From: Phycisphaerae bacterium
GTDB taxonomy: Bacteria; Planctomycetota; Phycisphaerae; UBA1845
Direction of reading: 5' to 3'
DNA: 63,721 bases
Assembly: GCA_036477795.1 (NCBI GenBank)
Contig: JAZGDL010000435.1
Span: 1 to 63,721, forward strand
The position numbers were made by a program, and so were the translations under genes. This document shows, in pieces, positions 1 to 6,330 of the stretch (within the stretch, counting starts at the first letter, position 1; every line of letters begins with the position of its first letter). The notes beneath the pieces are model-generated. The model did no database searches, was not told the DNA's origin, and was given only the letters and a program-made list of their open reading frames with translations.

Positions 1-45
1 CGAAATCGTACTGGCAGTGTGCGTGGCTGTTTGTAGAATGACATA

Positions 46-121
46 GAGACCCTCCTTGGTCTAACCTACTGCACCTGAAACCAAGGAGGGTCTCCAAGCG
101 GGAATCATAACCAAGGAGGGT
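46..121. repeat. Perfect 15-bp inverted repeat plus a third direct copy; every + strand copy carries AAGGAGG
   Basis: GAGACCCTCCTTGGT (46-60) is the exact reverse complement of ACCAAGGAGGGTCTC (80-94), with a 19-nt loop. AACCAAGGAGGGT recurs at 79-91 and 109-121. Function unknown. Confidence 0.6.
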
Positions 122-335
122 TCCCGCAGCAAGTGAAATCGAGTGTTGACGCTCGCACGGAGGAATCAAGCGCCAGCGCCAACCGGCAACGCCGGTGGCA
201 TCCGGGCGGGGAGGCGCTTGGTTTATGCGCTCCAAGCGATCCCGATACCCCGCAGAGACCCCAAGAACTGCGGCAGTGCCATTCCCCTCTGACCCCAGAG
301 ATGCCTGACCCCAGAGATGCCACCGTCAGGCGGGA

Positions 336-542
336 ATGACCGTCCAACTCACGCCCCGCTCCGCCGATTCGCTCGGCTTGGCCTCCGTCGAGCGGACTTC
401 GGCACGTATCGTTGTCAAGGAGCTTCACCACGGTGTCGGTAACTACGAGTTCGACTGGGAAGTCAAAGCCGTGCGCAAGGGTTTCGAGAATTACCAAGTC
501 GTTCGGCCAAGCGATGACGTCCCCGCCCGTCGCGAACAATAA
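336..542 (+). pseudogene. Isolated C-terminal fragment (68 codons) of a fibre-like protein
   Basis: TVQLTPRSADSLGLASVERTSARIVVKELHHGVGNYEFDWEVKAVRKGFENYQV resembles the terminal beta-sandwich (YQLTP...F.V.E...G....F.W.V.A.RKG) seen at the ends of tail-fibre-like proteins. An in-frame TGA lies at 306-308 and the upstream frame has no convincing coding sequence. Confidence 0.3.
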
Positions 543-584
543 ACCGCGTGCTCAAAATCTGCGAGGAAGAGCCGGAGCAACAAG

Positions 585-824
585 ATGATCCACGCACAAG
601 CCCCGACGCTATGTTCGCTGGTCATGTTGGTGCTCGCAGTGCCCGCGTACGGCCAGTGGGTCGAGCAGACGTTTGAACTGCAGAAGGGCTGGAACAGTAT
701 CTTTCTGGAAGTCGACCCCGCACCCAGGCGAGCGAACGAGTTGTTCGCCGGCAAGCCGATCTCCGCGGTCTGGCTGCGCGTCTACCGATCCGACCCAAGA
801 CTCCCTATGCGCTTGCATGCTTAG
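585..824 (+). pseudogene. Truncated 5' fragment of a secreted protein gene (signal peptide plus about 45 aa)
   Basis: MIHAQAPTLCSLVMLVLAVPAYGQ is signal-peptide-like, followed by WVEQTFELQKGWNSIFLEVDP. The ORF degenerates after about 65 aa and runs into a hairpin-rich non-coding stretch. Confidence 0.3.
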
Positions 825-912
825 CGGGACCAGCTACTTTTGGGTATGCTTTAACCAGTAATGGCTGGCCGCGCGGATACTTCGAAACAACCGCCCGTGT
901 GATGGGCGGCTA

Positions 913-996
913 TTAAGAGTGCGTCCTAAAACCGAGGCGGACCCCGTCTTTTCCGAGCCGCGACCGTAAGAGCGGGCTTTTGGGACGCACTCTTAA
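913..996. repeat. Long hairpin with 19-nt arms (possible structured RNA or MITE-like remnant)
   Basis: TTAAGAGTGCGTCCTAAAA (913-931) pairs with TTTTGGGACGCACTCTTAA (978-996). There is one mismatch, which would be G-U in RNA. It is flanked by smaller hairpins at 891-909 and 1031-1050. Confidence 0.5.
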
Positions 997-1048
997 GCCG
1001 GGATCAACTTCGATTCCGCAGAGGCCGGTGGATGCGGTAGCGACCGCA

Positions 1049-2056
1049 TCAACGTATCACGTTATCCGGGAAACTGGCGGTGGCGAGCACGCCGGCGACG
1101 AAGGTGCCGTCGCTGTTGGGTACTTCGATGACGACGCGGAACGTGTTCGATGCGGCGTCAACCAGTGGATCAGCAGCCACGACGACTCCCTCGCGGATCA
1201 CAGGCACTGCCGCGGCATCGCCCGATGGATCGTCGGGCCTGGTGGCGCCGTCAGGTGATGAACAGGCCACTTGCACGACGGCTCTAGTGCCGACGTGAAC
1301 GCGTGAAAACAGGTCGGGCGGGAGGTGGCACTCGACCCACATGGGATCGAGCCGCACCAGGACGGCGATCGGCTCCAGGTCCGCCACGCCCTCGCCCTCT
1401 TCTTTCAATGTGCGAAGGATGACGCCGTCGAACGGGGCCAGTAGTTTGCGCTCGGCCAGCAGCAGTTGCTCCCGACGGTACTCCAAACCAGCGAGCTGCT
1501 TGTTGAAGCGCGCCGTCTCGGCGAGAACCTCGCGGAGCTCGACCTCGACGGTCGTTGTTTCGACCTCCCATTTGCTGGCGGCCTGCTTGGCTTCGAGCTC
1601 TTGAAACTGTCTCAGTTCGGTTTGCTTGAGCTTCAATTCTGTTTCGGCCAGGCGGATCTCGTGGTTGCTCTCGGCCTTGACGCGGGCGATGTCGAGCGAC
1701 TGCCGTTCGAGTTCGCTCTTGAGTTCGGCGATGACTTCGCCCTTCTTGACCTCTTGGCCGGCGACGACGGGCAGTCGGGCGAGCACCCCCGAGACACGGA
1801 GCACGAGGTCGACGTCGCGGCTGGGGCGTGTCAGGCCTTGATAGGTCTTGGCCGAATCCTGAGCTTCCACCCGGCGTGCCATCGGTACCGCTAGTGCCAT
1901 TATCATGACACCAATCAGCCCAGCCGACCGCCGAAGCGGTTTTCGATCATCCAAACGATGCGAGTCGCGACCCTGAATGCCACCAATGCGGGAGCATGAA
2001 GGGAGCGGTCCGCTTTGGGCGTCTACGGCTGTGGACGGAGTTGTCGGTGAATCCAT
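1049..2056 (-). CDS. HlyD-family membrane fusion protein (periplasmic adaptor), orphan
   Basis: 335-aa ORF. It has an N-terminal TM segment (LIGVMIMALAVPMA), a lipoyl-like motif (VVAGQEVKKGEVIAEL), a long coiled coil (ELERQSLDIARVKAESNHEIRLAETELKLKQTELRQFQELEAKQ) and the LLAPFDGVI motif. Confidence 0.85.
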   Translation of the reverse strand: MDSPTTPSTAVDAQSGPLPSCSRIGGIQGRDSHRLDDRKPLRRSAGLIGVMIMALAVPMARRVEAQDSAKTYQGLTRPSRDVDLVLRVSGVLARLPVVAGQEVKKGEVIAELKSELERQSLDIARVKAESNHEIRLAETELKLKQTELRQFQELEAKQAASKWEVETTTVEVELREVLAETARFNKQLAGLEYRREQLLLAERKLLAPFDGVILRTLKEEGEGVADLEPIAVLVRLDPMWVECHLPPDLFSRVHVGTRAVVQVACSSPDGATRPDDPSGDAAAVPVIREGVVVAADPLVDAASNTFRVVIEVPNSDGTFVAGVLATASFPDNVIR

Positions 2057-2220
2057 CGATGCAATACTCCAATTGGGTTACGGGCCGTCGCCAAGTTCCC
2101 GGCCCGGATCCGGTGCATTGTGTGCTGCCAAGGTCGAGAAATCCACCCCCGCCCATGCAGCATCGCGTGCCCTCGGGGGGATGAATCCCCATCCCAGCGG
2201 CGACGAGCGGCGGCAATAAA

Positions 2221-2330
2221 TACATGTGGGGCCGGCTTTCCAGCCGGTCGCATCGGGCCAGCGAGCGGTCTGACCGGCTGGAAAGCCGGTCCCACAGGCA
2301 GACATGGCTGACCTTGCGCTGTACTGCTAA
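2221..2330. repeat. Palindromic repeat element, copy A (one conserved terminus only)
   Basis: 25-nt arms TGTGGGGCCGGCTTTCCAGCCGGTC (2224-2248) and GACCGGCTGGAAAGCCGGTCCCACA (2271-2295). Terminus GACCTTGCGCTGTACTGCTAA at 2310-2330. The reverse complement aligns with 6191-6300. Confidence 0.7.
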
Positions 2331-2496
2331 ATTCCAATTCGATAATGGGCGCACGTCTCCGTTGACGCAACGACGTGCTGTCGAGTATGCTGTCAATCGG
2401 TTCTTTTCGCGTATCTCCGGCGGGCGGGCATCCGGATGTTGCCTCGTCGGGCGAGGCGAAATCAGAGCGAGCCACAAATAGGAAAGGAGAACGATT

Positions 2497-3837
2497 ATGA
2501 TGCGGGTTTTGTCGTCGGTTCTTTGGCTGGGTTGCGTAGCTGCGGCGTACGCGGGGGGCGTGGGCGTCCCCGGAACCATCGCCCACCAGGGCGTGATCGC
2601 CGTTCACGGGGAGCGGTTCACGGGGCAGGGAGAGTTTCGGTTCGCGTTGGTGAATGCCGAAACCGACGCCTACTTATGGGTGAACGACGGCAGCGCGGTG
2701 GCGAACCCCGATCCTCCGACGGACGCCGTGATCCTGCCAGTGATCAACGGCGTGTACAACGTCCGACTCGGCGACGAGGCCATCGGGAACATGACGGCTA
2801 TCCCGCCGGCGTTGTTCCATGACAACGACAACGTCGCCTTGCGCATCTGGTTCGACGATGCACGCGGCAACGGCACACATCGGCTCGCCCCGGATCAGCC
2901 GATCAGCAGTGTCCCCTTCGCCCATCACAGCGCGACCATTGACGACGACGCGGTAACGTCGGTCAAGATCGCTGATGGGCAGGTCGGCAACGTCGACTTG
3001 GCCGACAACGCCGTCAACAGCGCCAAGATCCAAGACGGAACCGTCATCGCGGCGGACTTGGCGACGAATTCGGTCAATAGCGCCGAGATCGCCAGCGGCG
3101 CGGTCAACACCGACGAAATTGCCAACAACGCGGTCACATCAGCGAAGATCGCGAGCGACGCTGCGTCGCTCAACAGGGTTTCCGGCGGAACGATGTGGTC
3201 CGTTGGGGGCAGCGTCGGCATCGGGACCAACGACCCAATTGGGTATCAGCTCCGCGTGAAAGGGAATGTCTGCATCACCGGGAACCTCTGCGTCGACGGT
3301 GCCATCACCGCTACCGGTCCCATTACCGCCCTCGTTTGTGGCATTGACTGCTTTGGTTGCTGCGCCGGTCCTTCCGACCGTCGCCTGAAGGACCACATCA
3401 AGCCGATTGCCGGGGGCCTCGAAAAGGTCACCCGCCTCCGCGGGGTCAGCTTCCAATGGCGGCGCGACGAGTTCCCCAAGATGAACTTCCGGGATGGCCA
3501 GCAGATCGGGCTGATCGCCCAGGAGGTGGCCGAGGTTCTCCCCGAGGTCGTGGTTAGCAATGCCGACGGCTACAAAGGCATCCAGTATGGCAAGGTCGTC
3601 GCGGTGCTGGTTGAGGCCATCAAGGAGCAGCAGCAGATGATCAACTCGACTCGAAGCGAGCTCGGCGAGCTGAAGCAGCGCCTCGCCGCGGTTGAACGCG
3701 CGGTTGGAGTGGAGCCGAAGCCCCAGCGCGCCAACTCCGCGGGTCTTGCCGGGGCGCTGACAGCCACCGCACTGGCCCTGGCCGGGCTGATCGGTTTCAT
3801 GATGCACGCCCGTTCGCGCAGGGGAGGAGCGCGATGA
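2497..3837 (+). CDS. Secreted fibre-like protein with a C-terminal S74-type intramolecular chaperone domain and a terminal TM anchor
   Basis: AAGGAG lies 7 nt upstream of the ATG, and a signal peptide is present. It carries the shared N-domain (HQGVIAVHGERFTGQGEFRFALV...NGVYNVRLGD...LRIWFDD). Short repeats follow (NAVNSAKIQDGTVIAADLATNSVNSAEI). The S74 signature is SDRRLKDHIKPI...LRGVSFQWRRDE...IGLIAQEVAEVLPEVV...IQYGKVVAVLVEAIKEQQ. The protein ends GLAGALTATALALAGLIGFMMHARSRRGGAR. Confidence 0.85.
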   Translation: MMRVLSSVLWLGCVAAAYAGGVGVPGTIAHQGVIAVHGERFTGQGEFRFALVNAETDAYLWVNDGSAVANPDPPTDAVILPVINGVYNVRLGDEAIGNMTAIPPALFHDNDNVALRIWFDDARGNGTHRLAPDQPISSVPFAHHSATIDDDAVTSVKIADGQVGNVDLADNAVNSAKIQDGTVIAADLATNSVNSAEIASGAVNTDEIANNAVTSAKIASDAASLNRVSGGTMWSVGGSVGIGTNDPIGYQLRVKGNVCITGNLCVDGAITATGPITALVCGIDCFGCCAGPSDRRLKDHIKPIAGGLEKVTRLRGVSFQWRRDEFPKMNFRDGQQIGLIAQEVAEVLPEVVVSNADGYKGIQYGKVVAVLVEAIKEQQQMINSTRSELGELKQRLAAVERAVGVEPKPQRANSAGLAGALTATALALAGLIGFMMHARSRRGGAR

Positions 3838-3864
3838 AACGCGGGCGACGTCAAACAACCGGGT

Positions 3865-3893
3865 GTCATGGGCAAACGAAGTTTGCCCATGAC
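3865..3893 (+). terminator. Strong hairpin 28 nt after the stop of the S74 fibre gene
   Basis: GTCATGGGCAAAC-gaa-GTTTGCCCATGAC is a perfect 13-bp stem with a 3-nt loop. No U-tract follows, so intrinsic terminator function is uncertain. Confidence 0.45.
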
Positions 3894-4168
3894 GTCAGTC
3901 GCCGCGTCCACGAACAGGGGCACGGGCAAGCTAGGAGCCTGTCCGAGTAATACAAAAACGGCTCACGGAATGGTGTCTTGAGCCCCTCGTACCCTGGGTT
4001 CAGAGGGGTGAAAATGCCAATCCATGCAAGTCAAACTGATTACTTGGACAGACTCCTAGAGCTTGCCCATGGCACCCGGCATACCTCAGGACTAGGACGC
4101 TTGTGGGACACCTCTTGTTTCTTTGCCTGCCAGTGCTTGCCCTTGCCCAGAGCGGGGATGGTTACCAA

Positions 4169-4556
4169 ATGAAACGCAGCAAGGTGGCCGGCGGCGGCGG
4201 AACGACCACGGGTGGCGGATACAACATAACGTGGAACCATGGGCGAGCATGACGCCGGCAGGATGAGCGGCGGCTATACCCTGATCGGAGGTTTCTCGGT
4301 CCCCCAGCCCTCCTGCCTGCCCCCGGTGGTGATCGGGAATATTTCATCGCGGTACGTTGAGATCATACCGGATGTGACCGGTACGGGCCTGGTGGCGTTT
4401 CACATTGAGCGCGGCGCTAAGGACGGGGGCCCTCCCAACGAGGGCTGGGTACAGTTGACTCACGTCGACTACGACGACGGTCCGCAAGGTCTGGTCAACA
4501 TCGGCAAGACCACGCCTGACTGTGCGGACGCCAGCTTCCTGACGCCGGATGCATAG
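4169..4556 (+). pseudogene. Frameshifted small ORF sharing a twin GG-Y-x-(L/I) motif with the 748-aa beta-helix protein
   Basis: ATG 4169 gives MKRSKVAGGGGTTTGGGYNITWNHGRA-stop. The next frame continues MGEHDAGRMSGGYTLIGGFSVPQ... (ORF 4239-4556). Joined, this parallels VTGGGTTATGG...YSLIGSI...STGGDYTIDSGF in the 39040 gene. Confidence 0.35.
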
Positions 4557-4906
4557 ACCAGCGGCGGTAACAACGCCCTGTATGTTACCGGCTTGCCGGT
4601 GTGTCCCAGCCGTCCGCCGGGCCGGGTGAAGCCTGACGACTGACACCGTTCCGCCGTCGCACTCCGCGTCGTGTCGTTCCCGGATCGCGTAAACTTCCAC
4701 CGGGAATGAAACGCGGCGGTCTGCCCCTTATGGCTCGTCTGTCCGTTTTCCGTGGACGGCGACGCCCAGCCGAGGTTACGGGCCGGATTCTGGGTGTAAA
4801 TAGGCTTTATTTCGGGGCGGCGGCTTGGTATACTCGCCCCTCGGGTACGGTTCGGGCAAGGCGTATCGAACGCCTGTTTCTACTTCGGAATAGACGGAGA
4901 GTGATC

Positions 4907-6094
4907 ATGTTGAAGAAGCACAAGAGAATCTCGATGGCGTTTATGGCCTTGGGATTGGCGCTGGTGGGGGTGGTGGTCAGTCATGTTTGGGCGGCGGTGC
5001 CGGCGGTCATGACGCACCAGGGCGTGATATCCGTCCACGGGGAGCGGTTCAGCGGAACGGGGAGTTTCTACTTCGCACTGGTCAGTTCCGCCGCGGATGT
5101 CAACCTGTGGACCAACGACGGAACGCAACTCGGAACGATGGCGCGCCCCGACGCAGCCCTCCCGCTCACCGTCGTCAACGGGGTATACAACGTGGCGCTC
5201 GGGGCTACGCCGATGCCGCCCGTTCCGTCGGAAGCGTTCGAGAACGACGACGTCCTTCTACGCATCTGGTTTGACGACGGCGCCGGAAACGGCGTCCATC
5301 AGCTTGCGCCCGACGTCGTGCTATCGAGCGCACCCTATGTTTTTCGGGCGTTGGACTCGGATCGAGCCGGCGAGGCCGAACACGCCGTTGAGGCTGACCA
5401 CGCTGCTGACGCCTCCACACTCGGCGGTTTCCTTCCGCGGGAACTCGTGCCCGCCGGCGCGATGCTCGCATTCGGCGGGTCCACAGCGCCCAACGGCTGG
5501 CTATTGTGCCACGGGTCGGCCGTCGGCAGGACGACCTTCGCCGACCTGTTCGCGGCGATTGGAACAGCCTACGGCAACGGCAACGGTTCCACGACGTTTC
5601 ATCTGCCCGATATGCGCGGGCGATTCCTGCGCGGCGTATCCGGTACGACCGCCAACGATCCCAACCGAACCACGCGCACCGCCTCGAACATCGGTGGCAG
5701 CACGGGCAACAACGTCGGGTCGCTGCAAGCTGACGCGACAAGCCGACCCAATTCCAACTTCACGACGAATTCCGTATCAAACCACACCCATTTCATCCAT
5801 CCGGCGGGGTCGCACTCGCACAGCGTCGACACCGCGACACATACGCACGTCGCCCAAATGCGCAATGGCGCTGCTACCGGAGGTTTTCCGACCGAGCCGC
5901 GGGCGGGCAGTGGCAGCTTCCTAGGCCTGCAAAGCATTCTTGGCGACGGTAACCACAACCACAGCCTCGGATCGGCGGCTGCCCATAACCATCCCGCGGT
6001 TTCGAGCGGCGGCCATGGACACTCCGTCACCGGCGGCGGTGACTCCGAAACCCGACCGGTCAATGTCTACGTCAATTGGATCATCAAGCACTGA
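4907..6094 (+). CDS. Secreted fibre-like protein with a phage tail-collar C-terminal domain
   Basis: Internal ATG at 4907 with GGAGA upstream and signal peptide MLKKHKRISMAFMALGLALVGVVVSHVWA (the longest ORF starts at 4706). It carries the shared N-domain (HQGVISVHGERFSGTGSFYFALV). Collar signature: GAMLAFGGSTAPNGWLLCHGSAVGRTTFADLFAAIGTAYGNGNGSTTFHLPDMRGRFLRG. His-rich tail (HTHFIHPAGSHSHS...HNHS...HGHS) ends ETRPVNVYVNWIIKH. Confidence 0.85.
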   Translation: MLKKHKRISMAFMALGLALVGVVVSHVWAAVPAVMTHQGVISVHGERFSGTGSFYFALVSSAADVNLWTNDGTQLGTMARPDAALPLTVVNGVYNVALGATPMPPVPSEAFENDDVLLRIWFDDGAGNGVHQLAPDVVLSSAPYVFRALDSDRAGEAEHAVEADHAADASTLGGFLPRELVPAGAMLAFGGSTAPNGWLLCHGSAVGRTTFADLFAAIGTAYGNGNGSTTFHLPDMRGRFLRGVSGTTANDPNRTTRTASNIGGSTGNNVGSLQADATSRPNSNFTTNSVSNHTHFIHPAGSHSHSVDTATHTHVAQMRNGAATGGFPTEPRAGSGSFLGLQSILGDGNHNHSLGSAAAHNHPAVSSGGHGHSVTGGGDSETRPVNVYVNWIIKH

Positions 6095-6190
6095 ACGAGC
6101 ACGATCTCCAGGAGTGATGGTCCCGACCGTCAGGCCCCGTGCTCGCGATGGGGGACCTGATTGCCGCGATCGTTCGCACGCGCCGAACTA

Positions 6191-6330
6191 CAGTGCAAGG
6201 TCAGCCGTTTCTGCCTGTGGGACCGGCTTTCCAGCCGGTCAGACCGCTCGCTGGCGCAATGAGACCGGCTGGAAAGCCGGTCCCACATGTATTGTAGCCG
6301 CCATGAGGCAACCTTGCGCTGCACTGCTAA
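6191..6330. repeat. Palindromic repeat element, copy B (complete, both termini)
   Basis: Left end is ACAGTGCAAGGTCAGCC. The core has 25-nt inverted arms (TGTGGGACCGGCTTTCCAGCCGGTC / GACCGGCTGGAAAGCCGGTCCCACA). Right end is ACCTTGCGCTGCACTGCTAA. It sits between convergent genes, and its last bases supply the stop codon of the SecA-like gene. Confidence 0.75.

Noticed and set aside
133-339. 68-aa ORF after the AAGGAGG at 113-119
   Set aside because: The product (…RQRRWHPGGEALGLCAPSDPDTPQRPQELRQCHSPL…) looks non-protein-like. It spans the tandem duplication. SD spacing is 13 nt, which is long.
913-996. Group II intron 5' end (GTGCG at 919) or domain V-like hairpin (GAGCCGCGACCGTAAGAGCGGGCTT)
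   Set aside because: The GTGCG is simply part of the inverted repeat. The candidate hairpin is too short and lacks the domain V bulge geometry. No intron-sized structure or RT ORF follows.
1000-1030. tRNA or tmRNA T-arm (TTCGATTCC at about 1008)
   Set aside because: The flanking bases do not form a T-stem. No acceptor or anticodon arms can be drawn.
3978-4172. 64-aa ORF between the two fibre genes
   Set aside because: It has no RBS or motif support and lies in an AT-richer intergenic patch. It ends where the frameshifted 4169 ORF begins.
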